Shown: piece by piece, positions 37,610 through 48,827 of the stretch
Numbering within the stretch: the stretch's first letter is position 1
How the letters are laid out: each line of letters opens with the position of its first letter
Assembly: GCA_030390025.1 (NCBI GenBank)
Contig: CM059432.1
Span: 76,448,001-76,512,000, forward strand
Origin: Squalus acanthias
Lineage: Eukaryota
DNA length: 64,000 nucleotides
Direction: 5' to 3'
Notes under the pieces: generated by a model
The model's input: the letters and a program-made list of their open reading frames with translations, nothing else
What the model was told of the DNA's origin: nothing
The model's database searches: none
Position numbers and translations under genes: made by a program

Positions 37610-39518
37610 TGGTGGCTCCAGACCTCATTACAGCCTTGGTCCAAACATGGACAAAAGAGCTGAATTCCAGAGGTGAAGTGAGAGTGACTGCCCTTGACAT
37701 CAACATAAGAACATAAGAAATAAGAGCAGATGTAGGCCATACGGCCCCTTGAGCCTGCTCCGCCATTCAATAAGATCATGGCTGATCATCGACCTCAACT
37801 CCACTTTCCCGCCCGATCTCCATATCCCTTGATTCCCCTAGAGTTCAAAAATCTATCTATCTCAGCCTTGAATATACTCAAAGACTCAGCATTCACAGCC
37901 CTCTGAGGCAGAGAATTCCAAAGATTCACAACCCTCTGAGTGAAGATATTCCTTCTGATCTCAGTCTTAAATGGCCTACCCCTTATCCTGAGACTATGCC
38001 CCCTAGTTCTAGACACTCCAGCAGGGGAAACAACGTCTCAGCATCTACCCTGTCAATCTCCTTCAGAATCTTGTATTCAATGAGATCACCTGCCATTCTT
38101 CTAAACTCCAGAGAGTATAAGCCCATTCTACACAATCTCTCATCATAGGACAGCCCTCTCATCCCAGGAATCAATCTAGTGAACCTTCATTGCACCGCCT
38201 CCAAGGCAAGTATATTCTTCCTTAGATAAGGAGACCAAAACTGTGTACAGTACTCCAGGTGTGGTCTCACCAAGGCCCTGTACAATTGTAGCAAGGCTTC
38301 CTTACTCTTATACACCAACCCCCTTGCAATAAAGGCCAACATTCCATTTGCATGCATGCTAGATCAAGACAGCATTTGAACGAGTGTGGCATCAAGGAGC
38401 CCTAGTAAAATTGAAGTCAATGGGAATCAGGGGGAAAACACTCCACTGCCTGGAGTCATACGTAGCACAAAGGAAGATGATTGTAGTTGTTGGAGGTCAA
38501 TCATCTTAGCCACACGACATCACTGCAGGAGTTCCTCAGGGCAGTGTCCTAGGCCCAACCATCTTCAGCTGCTTCATCAATGACCTACCCTCCATCATAA
38601 GGTCAGAAGTGGGAATGTTCACTGATGATTGCACAGTGTTCAGTGCCATTTGCAACTCCTCAGATAATGAAGCAGTCCATGCCCGAATGCAGCAAGACCT
38701 GGATGACATTCAGGCTTGGGCTGATAAGTGGCAAGTAACATTCACACCACACAAGTGCCAGGCAATGACTATCTCCAACAAGCGTGAGTCTAACCACTGC
38801 CTCTTGACATTATCATCACCGAATCCCCCACCATCAACATCCTGGGGGTCAACATTGACCAGAAACTTAACTGGACCAGCCACATAAATATTGTGGCTGC
38901 AAGAGCAGGTCAGAGGCTGGGTATTCTGCGGTGAGTGTCTCACCTCCTGACTCCCCAAAGCCTTTCCACCATTTACAAGGCACAAGTCAGGAGTGTGATG
39001 GTATACTCTCTACTTGCCTGGATGAGTGCAGCTCCAACAACACTCAAGAAGCTCGACACCATCCAGGACAACACAGCCCACTTGATTGGCACCCCATCCA
39101 CCACCTTAAAAGACTTTCACTCCCTACAGCACCAGCGCACCATGGCTGCAGTGGGTACCATCTACAAGATGCACTGCAGCAACTCGCCAAGGCTTCTTCA
39201 GCAGCACCTCCCAAACCCGTGACCTCTACCACCTAGAAGGACTAGGGCAGCAGGTGCATGGGAACACTATCACCTGCAAGTTCCCGTCTAAGTTACACAT
39301 CCTCCTGACTTGGAAGTATATCGTCGTTCCTTTATCGTCGCTGGGTCAAAATCCTGGAACTCCCTCCTTAACAGCACTGTGGGAGTACCTTCACCACAAG
39401 GACTGCTGCGGTTCAAGAAGGCAGCTCACCACCAGCTTCTTAAGAGCAATTAGGGATGGGCAATAAATGCTGGCCTTGCCCGTGACACCCACATCTCAGG
39501 AACGAATAAAAAAAAAAG
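37610..39518 (+). mobile_element. CR1-group LINE (second family), RT and 3' end, split by a CR1 insertion
   Basis: ALDI|K.AF.RVWHQG spans the insertion; GVPQGSVLGP, MFTDDCTV, DDIQAWADKWQV, IYKAQVRSVM.YS..AW; A-rich end at 39505-39518. Confidence 0.85.
37703..38352 (-). mobile_element. CR1 LINE 3' fragment nested in the previous LINE
   Basis: SRTRGHSLRIRGRPFKTEIRRNIFTQRVVNLWNSLP, (cataagaa)n tail, atcaa repeated at both junctions. Nearly identical to 62893-63545. Confidence 0.9.
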
Positions 39519-39632
39519 CTGCATTTATTGCCCATCTCTGGTTGCCCTGAGAAGATAATGGTGGGCCTTCTCCTTGTTGCATTTCTTATGATGGTGATGC
39601 TCCCACAAAGATGTTAGGTAAGAAATTCCAGG

Positions 39633-40537
39633 ATGACACCAAATAGGGGGGGATAGCCAATACTGAGGAGGACTGCAACAAATTACAAGAAGACCTTAAT
39701 AAACTTGAAGAATGGGCATATAGTTGGCAAATGAAATTTAACACAGATAATTGTGAGGTATGACATTTTGGTAGGAAAAATAGGGAGGTCACATATTACT
39801 TGGAAAATGCAAATCTAAATGGAGTAGAAGAGCAAAGGGATCTCGGAGTACAAATACACAAATCACTAAAAGTAGCCACACAGGTTAACAAGGCCATAAA
39901 AAAAAGCAAACCAAGCACTAGCGTTTATTTCTAGAGGGATTGCATTGAAAAGCAGAGAAGTTATGCTAAACTTGTATCGAACCTTGGTTAGTCCACACTT
40001 GGAGTACTGTGTATATGTCTGGTCACCATATTATAAAAAGGATATAGAGGCACTGGAGAGGGTGCAAAAAAAATTTACAAGGATGATACCAGAAATGTGA
40101 GAGTATACCTATCAGGAAAGGATGAACAGGCTGGGTCTCTTTTCTCTTGAAATTGAGGTCTTTAAAATTATGAAAGGTTTTGGATAGAGTAGATACAGAG
40201 AGAGTGTTTCCACTTGTGGGGAAGAGCAAAACTAGAGACCATCAATATAAGATAGTCACCAAGAAATCAAATAGGGAATTCAGAAGAAACTTCTTTACCC
40301 AGAGAGTGGTGAGAATGTGGAACTCGCTACCACAGGGAGTGGTTGAAGCGAATAGTATAGCTGCATTTAAGGGGAGGCTAGATAAGCATATGAGGGAGAA
40401 GGGAATAGAGGGTTATGCTGATAGAGTTAGATAAGGAAAGACAGGAGGAGGCTCGAGTGGAGCATAAACACTGGCATGGACTGGTTGGGCTGAATGGCCT
40501 GTTTCTGTGTTGTATATTTTATGTCATTCTATGTAAT
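39633..40537 (+). mobile_element. CR1 LINE 3' fragment
   Basis: DDTK.GG start, DRVDTERVFPLVGKSKTRDHQYKIV..RRNFFTQRVVRMWNSLPQ, and a tail like 9860-9906. Confidence 0.9.
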
Positions 40538-40732
40538 ATTGACCCAATGACAATGAAAGAGCAGTAGCATTATGTCCAAGTCAGGATAGTGTGAGACTTG
40601 GGGTGGGTACCATGGAGGTAATGGTGTTCCCATGACATTGCTGCCCTTGTCCTTCCTGGTGGTAGGGAGCTGCTGTTGAACTAACTTTGATGAGTTGCTG
40701 CAGTGTATCCTGTAGATTGTACATACAATAGC

Positions 40733-40867
40733 GAATGTTCCCCCTTATTTTTTTTGGGGTGCAGGGCCATTCACAGTTTCCGTGAAACTTAACATTGAAA
40801 AATCCGATCCTGAGTTGCGCTGGACCGGCAGAGAGCTGCGCGGCCACGCAGCTTAGAGGGAACATTG
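40733..40867. mobile_element. hAT-type MITE (135 bp)
   Basis: TIR gaatgttccccct / agagggaacattg with 8-bp imperfect flanking repeats acaatagc / actgtagc. It interrupts LINE sequence. Confidence 0.6.
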
Positions 40868-41489
40868 ACTGTAGCCACAGTGTGCCGGTGGTGGAGGGGG
40901 TGGCTATTAAGTCCAGTGGCCGGGGCATTGATCAATTGTACTGCTCTGTCCTGGATGGCATTGAGCTGGTTGACTGTTGTTGCCATTGCACCCATCCAGT
41001 CCAGTAGTGAGCATTCCTGATTTGAGCTTTGTAGATGGTGGATAGACTTTGAGGGGTCAGGAGGTGAGCCACTCATTGCACAGTGCCCAGTCTCTGTCCT
41101 GCTCTTACAGGCATGGTGTTGATTTGACTACTTTGATTCAACTTCTGATCAATGGCGACCCCCAAGATGCTGATGGTGGGGTACTTGGTGATTGTGGTAT
41201 TGTTGAAGGCCAGAGGGAGATGGCTAGGTTTTCTCTTGTTTGAGTGGTCATTACCTGGCACTTATTTGGTGTGGATGTTACCTGCTACTTGTCAGCCAAA
41301 ACCTGTATGTAATTCAGCTCCTGCTATAAGCTGGCATGGGCTGCTCCATTATCAGAGGAGTTGTGAATGGAGCTGAACACTGTGGAATCATCAGAAAACA
41401 GCCCTACTTTTATCTTTATGATAGAAGTAAGGTCATTAATACTACAGAGCATCAGCAAAACAAATAGAATGCTGCACTAACCAAAACAG

Positions 41490-41940
41490 CAGGGACAATT
41501 TGGAAGAAGTCATATTTAAACTGTATAGTCCTTTGGTCATTCTACCCCTTGAGTACTATCTCCAGTTATGGCCACCAAGACACCCTAAATGTAGGGCAGA
41601 GAAGAACCATGAGACTGATCCTGGGTGACTGATTTATGAGCAAAGACTGGAGAATTGGGGCTTTTCAGCCCTGAAAGGAGGTAACAGATATATCGATCTT
41701 ACAGAGGCTTACATGAGATAATAAATTGTGTAAAATAAGGAAATGCTGAACACTACTTCAAACTAAACTTTTTCAGTGAATAAGGGGGCACAGGTTCAAA
41801 CTAGTGATAGACAAATTTAGAACTGTTGTCATGAAGTTATTCTTCACATAGTGATCAACACCTTGAATGGACTCCTTAGTGGATAGTGGAGGCAAAAACC
41901 TTGGAATCATTTAAGAAACAGTTTGGTGCTGTGATGAAGA
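41490..41940 (+). mobile_element. Old CR1 fragment
   Basis: cttgagtactatctccagttatgg, tatgagcaaagactggagaattggggcttttcagcc and aagggggcacaggttcaaact motifs. Confidence 0.6.
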
Positions 41941-41946
41941 AACGTA

Positions 41947-42567
41947 GGGGGAGAAATTTGTGTTTGCCAGGAAAAATGCTGGTGTCACCGGCAACTGGAG
42001 TTAACGGCCGCTGAAAATGGCCGCAACGCTAACGGGACAAAATTCGTCTGGGGTGGGGGGGTGGGGGGCGGGGTTGCTGGAGATTGGTGGCGCAGCGCTT
42101 ACCTTCCATGCAATGCCCTCCTGGTGGTGTTAGTAAAGACATCCGACCCGAAGTTCCTGTCCAGGTGCGGCGTTCGAGCTTCACACAGCCTCTGGAAGTG
42201 AGGCTGTGGAGCTCACAAGGAATTGTGGGCAATGAAAAGGCCTGTGATTTAAAGGGGCCATGCACTCAGAAGTAATACAAATTAAAATCCAGTGAAACAA
42301 TGCAGTTTTCAGCCCTTTCTGCCTATCAAAAAAAATTAACATTAGAAAGAAGTCCCAAATGTGAATATTCAGCTCTTAAAGCTGAATTCCCTTCCTAACC
42401 TCCAAAAATGGGAAAAGTGCTTAATACAAATGGCTCAGCAAGCCAGGGAAGGGGCACCCAGGGTCTCGCATGTAGAACTCCAGCTTTGTGCAGGGGGTCA
42501 ACACTGCAAGACAGGTCCTCTACCCACAGGGGCCAGGAGACCCTCCAGAAAGAAGGATGTGGAACTA
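41947..42567 (-). mobile_element. Truncated Harbinger end with start of Myb exon 1
   Basis: TIR-like gggggagaaattt. MAQQAREGAPRVS.. at 42430 on + strand closely matches the minus-strand Myb exon at 31130-31250. Confidence 0.65.
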
Positions 42568-42909
42568 CATCAGCAAAATGTATATTGTTACAATAAGTAC
42601 CCTCTCCATATCCATTTATAAATAGTATTGGTCTCAGGAGAGACTCCTATGGAACTCCACTAGTCACTGTCCTCAGACAGAGCCTTTCCATTTATCATCA
42701 CCTTTGTATTGCCAAGCCCAATATTCACTAATCTAGGTTATGTTTTGCCTGTCACTGCAGCCTTCCAGTAGCATAAGTTATTTTTTTTTAGTCTCTGCTG
42801 TAATTTGCCATTTTCAGTTGTATTTCATGAGTCATAACTATGTTTTGCTAGTTATAGTTGCGTTTGGCTATTCTTAGCTATGTATTGCCAGTTGCCAGTT
42901 GCTGCTAAC

Positions 42910-43042
42910 ACTTCACCTGACGAAGGAGCAGCCGCTCCGAAAGCTTGTGATTTCAAATAAAACTGTTGGGACTATAACCTGGTGTTGTGCGACTTCTCAC
43001 TTTTGTCCACCCCAGTCCAACACCGGCATCTCCACATCATGA
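42910..43042 (+). mobile_element. Penelope-like terminal fragment (second family)
   Basis: cacctgacgaaggagcagccgctccgaaagcttgtgatttcaaataaaactgttgggactataacctggtgttgtg...ccccagtccaacaccggcatctccacatcat: hammerhead core followed by AATAAA. Confidence 0.7.
42913..42950 (+). ncRNA. Minimal type-I hammerhead ribozyme motif with intact core
   Basis: tcac-CTGACGA-a-GGAGC(agcc)GCTCC-GAAA-gc-TT-gtga: stem I tcac/gtga, 5-bp stem II, palindromic AGCT stem III, CUU cleavage triplet. Confidence 0.75.
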
Positions 43043-46000
43043 ACATTTCATCAGTCACACCTAAGTTCCACTAGTTGTAGCTGTATTGAGCTGTATTTGG
43101 CCAGTCTTGGCTGTGTGCGGCTACTCTGTAGTGTTACTTTTGTCATGTTTATTATATAACACAATCAAAGAAATGGGGTGAACTACTCACTAGCCATCAA
43201 AGGGTTATTTTTTCCTTCTATAATAAAACCACTTCTAATCACTGACATTTGACTTCACTAAAAAGATTTTTTTTAAAGTGAGTGTGACTGGGATTAGCCT
43301 GCTGCTTAAAGTCACAGTAAATGATACTGGAACAGGTACCCAAAAGACAGCTATATGTAGCAGTACCTTCCTGCAAAGAAACTGCAAGAGGCTCCTAGTA
43401 CACTGCCTACTGAATGACATTGCTGTCTTGTCTGTGGCATCAATGAATCAATGGTCTCATACCCTCTGATATAAAACTAGTTAGTTTGTGGTAATTTTAT
43501 AAATCACAACGTCACAGAAAATAAAATATTCAAAACAAATGGAATATGAAGCGTATACAAAAACTAATTAAATCTATAATTATCTTCCTTCATCTGGTCT
43601 TTAATGCTACAGCAGGACAAAGTAGTAATGAAAGTTTGCACAACTAGTTGTTAACTTAGTAAATAAAATAATTAAAACACCCCAATAGACAGGTTTTTCT
43701 CAAGGTTATTAACTGATTGGCATTAAAACAGCACTTCCATTTTCCAGTTATGCAACAATCAGATTAGTTTGGCCATTGCATTCACCCTGTGGCTTGCTTT
43801 TCCCCTTTGTTGATCCTATAAACACCAATATATGTCATGAGGCGAAATGAAGAAATAATTAATATATAGACTTTGGGGGGCTAGTGGTTTGGGTATAAAT
43901 ACATACATGTATAAATATATGTGTACATATGCATGCATATATGAAATTTTAAAAATGAGTAGCCTTTGACAGTTCTCTTGGATTACTGGTTTTCCCATAA
44001 ACATACAAACACACACATATATTTATATATGAGTAGTAATTTTAGGGTGTTTTGATACAAATATGTAGGTATATGTACAAATATCGACATGAAGATAAAA
44101 ATGTAAATTGTAAGTCTGTAGATATATCTATCTAACTGTGAAATAGATGTAATATTTTCCATTATATATATATGTGTGTAAATATAGCTGGATATTGAAA
44201 TCTTGTTTGGTACAACTGACAAATATAAAGTTATAAAGAGCTAATATTCCGAAATCTCTTGTTTTCTATTACCACTAGTGCAATAACGCAGCCACTATAA
44301 TAGTTAAACAATAACAGAAGTCTATTAACTAATTTAAAATTCAACAGAAAATATTTATTTTACATGCATTTAATCTCATTGCAACAAAATAAGTTGTCCT
44401 TTAAACTAAATCATTCGAAGCACATTCATTTTGGGTTGATTTTGCCAAATTGAAACACGGTTATGAACTGCAGCTACCAAGCTGGAAATTAAAGCTACAT
44501 TTTCCTCTCTCCCGCACCACTCTCCCCCTCCCCCATTCCATATTGGCTTTTCCAGGCTGTGTCTTAAAAATGTATCACAGACATAATCCACGCGAGCTAC
44601 ATTTTTGACCTGCTTCGACCTTCATCAAAGGCATTAGATGCGTTCAGTCCAGTGAGTTAATGCAGTTTTCTTATGCAGACGTGCCTAGATTTATTTTTCT
44701 ATTCACTGTCCCGTCTGAATCTGTTCCACAGCAATATAAAAAGACACGGACACATCTTTTAACGAATTTCACCGTTACAGTTCAAATGCTACATGTTGGT
44801 TTCAAGATAGACGGGTTAAAATACATCTTTCGGAATGAAACTGAATGCATTCCTCATCTGTATTAATCTTGTGAAAATAACAAACAGAGACGATATAGTG
44901 GATTTTTTTGACAGCCTTGAAATAGCCTCTGGGTCGGCACAAAAATAAAATCTTATTTTGTAACCTAATATCCGGAAAATAACAGAGACGTCCAATAACA
45001 CAATCGCACCATCATAATAACGTGTCATTCGATTATAGACCAAAATATTCATGAATGGGCGCAAGTGTTTACAAAATAAATCCTTAGCTTCACCGTCGAA
45101 ATTAAATTGCCCAACAGTAAGAGAAAGCAGAACGAACACTAAGACATAAGCATCTATGATTGATGTAAATATGCATGAGCGCTTTCATATACAACGCTTT
45201 CGAGCTGGGGCCACTGTCCTACACTTGGTGCAATGGGTCGTAGCTCTGTACAAGTGAACGTCAAAATTCACCAAAGCTATTAATAGGAACAAATTCACAC
45301 TGCCTTATACAAGCTTTCGATTCCTTTTTCAGCTAGGCAGTGTTTCCAGCTACAATTCTTATCAAAATCAGCTGGGTTATTTTAATTTATCTTCTCATAA
45401 TTTAGACATCTAATGATTTAATCATTCATTAATGGTGGAAGAAAAACTGCCTTTGTTGATAGAAAAGGAATATTATAATATAGTAACATTATATATAAGG
45501 ACGATGTTTTTGCATCCAATGTGGTCTTAAAACTGGTATTTTATAGCTTTGATAATCTGGATCCCAGCGACAACCCAATCAGTTGTTTTAATATCGAAAC
45601 CTAATCCTCAGCGGCAAAGCAGATTTAAAAATGTCTTCAAACTTCAAAATAATTGGAATATGCTTAATACCACATTTGTACTGGGATGCACAGCAACAGA
45701 AATCATGAAATCAGGAGCATCTAAAAAGGTCGAGTTTATCTAATTACACAAGCAATAGAAAAAGAGAAATTTAGACAGACAGTAAGAGATCCCACATCCT
45801 CTACACACTGCAACCGCCAAACACCCCAATGCATGCAATTGCTCATTACTCGACCAAGGGGTTTTTTTCCGGTCATAATTTTAAGCTTTTATTAAAATTA
45901 AAGAAAATCACTGCCTTTTGATATCAAAATGTTACTTTTTAATAAAGAATAGCAAAAGCAAAATTGTTGTCCACTGAAAAAGGTCTCTTTTTGTAGCAAG

Positions 46001-48781
46001 TTCTTCGCTTCATTCAATCGTTCAATCAAACAACATTGAAAGCACACTGGATTTCGAGTCATTGATTTCACTTGTTAAAATGGTGGCTTAAACAATTATG
46101 AACACACAATTGCATTTGGATCCTGATTTTGTCATTGGAGCCTAGTTATTTAGATGACTTCACGACAACATACAAGTCCTAATGATGGGAGTTCATACAC
46201 TGCCTAAAGGCTGCCCCCACCTTTGGACTACATTAACCTACATGTCCATCATTTCAACAAAATAATGGAACATTACAAGGTTACTGCATGTGAACCTTCT
46301 AAATGACATATAGCTCATGCAACTCTATATGACAATATCCATTATCACTTTCAGTGTGCAAGGAAACATTTCCTTCATAATTTTGTTTGAATGTGATATA
46401 CTGCAAAAAAAAATGTATATAACCAGTTAGTCAACTGCTAACAATTGTAAAACAAAACTTGCTTTCCAACCCTGAAAGAAGTAATTTAAGAAGATATGTT
46501 TGGCTTGGTGTGATTTGTATTCTGTACAGTGTGGCTCACCAACATCACTTTAGTTAAAAAAAACTGTAGCAGATTAAATTTTACAAAGCATGCGATTATT
46601 TAGAAAATATATTCAGTGCAATATGGCCAATTTATTTTCTTTATTAAATGAAACACTTCTACAGTTAAAAAACAATATTCTTTAATATTTTTGCAGAATT
46701 GAGACAGAAAATCCTTCATTCGCGGTTGCTGAAAGTTGCATAGAAGTGTTAAGGTCTGCAGAATTTTAGTCTATTAAAATCTCCCCCCAAGAAACATTGA
46801 GAAGAAGCCCTATAGGTCCTTAGACTCATTTACCAGGCATAGGTCACTCAGTGGATCCAACTGTCTCTTGAGACATATTGTCTAAGGTCAATTCTGGTAA
46901 TAACCTGACCACTAAAGGCAATAAATCCTTGGAAATTCACTGTGTAAACTATTTATCACCTCTCACATTTTTATATATAAAAAAAAGTAATTTCAATTGT
47001 TCCCTATAGAAATACATTATTTTACGCCCAAGATCATTTTAAAAATTGAAAATACAAAGCAGAATAGAAATAGTGATCGATCAGATACAGTTAATATTTT
47101 ATATAATCCATGTAGGTGGATATAAACTGTTGAGGAACATCTTCAATTCTAATTCAAAACACATTCCAATTAAATATCTATAATTTTTAGTTTGCCTAAA
47201 TTTGGAATAAGGAATATCAGTCTTTAATTAACCCTATAATTTGTAATGTTCTCTTAAAAAGTCAGACTGTCACCCCACAATGTATCTACAAGCATGTGGC
47301 TCAGCAGTTACTATTATGTTTCCAAACGAGTTATAAAAGGGGAAAGTGGGTCCTTCATGTTAGCTTCTGTTTAATATAGGCTAAAAAAAGTCACTTTTAC
47401 ACAATGCTCTCAGAGCTTCTGGTTGAAGGTTGTTTAATAAAGTGAAGATAAAACAAATGACTCAGGAGAAAGTCTTAATCTGCAGATCTATAAAAATCAA
47501 TTACATCTCATCAAAAAAAATCACATTTGAATATATATTTTGAAGATTTCAAAGCATAAAATGCATACCAAGAGTTTGAAAAAAATGACCTTTCCATTTC
47601 TTGCAAAGTGAAATATTTGGCAGTTCCATTTGGAGCTCTGAAGTTGATAGGGAAGGTCATAGATAACAGACAGAAACATACTACATAGTAAGAACAGGGA
47701 GGCACCCTGGTTATCTCTGAACATAATGACACAAATATTTACATGAAATTGTTCAATATTTATCTGAAGAATTAAGAAATTAAAAGGAATAAAATGAAAT
47801 ATAATGATTTGGAGTGTTACTGTTGCATGTAAATAATATTCATAAACTGCATTTTTGTTAAAGTGTAGCATGGAACTTTTTGAGAATGCTTTAGTATTTT
47901 AAAACATGTTTGTAGGAATTTGTAGGAACTAGATTTTTGAAATCTGAATTGTAGTCTAATGTAAACCTTTAAAAAAGGTCATCTTTGAAATAAGGTTTCA
48001 GAGTCCCCATCATTTTTAGCAGATGCATGACTAAACATCAGTACAGTGAGAACTGAGTTGTGTTCAGGTAAAATGAGGAAATGGAACATAAGCAGGTGTA
48101 ATCAGATGCTAAGTTTTTTAAATATGTTTTCCCATCTTCCCTGCTAGTGTTAGATTGCCCTCTCTCCCAGTACTGCTGTCTGGTGACATGTTTTGTCTTT
48201 TTACAATGCATTTGGAACAAATGTCTCACCAACAATGGTCAATGATAGCCCATGGTCAGTCAACAAGACAGGTGTTTTCTGTGGGACTGGGACTAGACTA
48301 CCCAATCTACCCCGCCCCCACAGCTGGACTGAGAATTGGTATAGTGAGGCATTGATAGATTTATAATCTGGGATCTATAAGGTTCTGAAAAAAGAAACTG
48401 CACCCTCAAACTGTTTTTAAAAAATATTTACAGATTAGAATTTTTCACCCTTATTGAGGGCATTATCAACAGCTTATGTAAAGGACCATCTTCATGTATT
48501 AAATCATTCTTTTAATACTCTACTCCTAAACCTATGGTAAATACAGTGCTACAATAATTTGGAAATTAATTTAAACATGAGTATAATTTCTTCACTGATC
48601 AAATGATTGTATAAACTCAACCATTCTCAGTTTGCTGCATTTTTCATTGTGGTGGGAAAGGGCTGCTGTAACCATCAATGGGCTAATCAATACTGATCTA
48701 GGAAAGTGAGACACTGCATACAACTCTCAGCTGTATGTAGGCAATTTTCTTTGTATTGTGCACACAGACAGACATAGACAC

Positions 48782-48827
48782 GTGTGTGTGTGTGTGTGTA
48801 TGTGTGTACATACACGCATACACATAC
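48782..48827. repeat. (TG)n/(CA)n microsatellite
   Basis: gtgtgtgtgtgtgtgtgtatgtgtgtacatacacgcatacacatac. Confidence 0.85.

Larger units (their letters stand above)
39520..41440 (-). mobile_element. Older copy of the second LINE family, tail-to-tail with 37610-39518
   Basis: Reverse tail gcatttattgcccatc at 39520, resuming after the CR1 insert at 40538. Remnants ISILGVAIDQKLN..RAGQRLG and LNAIQDRAVQLI. Confidence 0.75.

Noticed and set aside
44595..44632. Minus-strand hammerhead-like motif (ttgatgaaggtcgaagcaggtcaaaaatgt)
   Set aside because: Both core boxes are mutated (TTGATGA, AAAA) and stem II depends on wobble pairs.
46689..46755. Possible + strand coding exon (ttttgcag|..IETENPSFAVAESCIEVL..|gtctgc)
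   Set aside because: Weak donor, unrecognised peptide and no partner exons.
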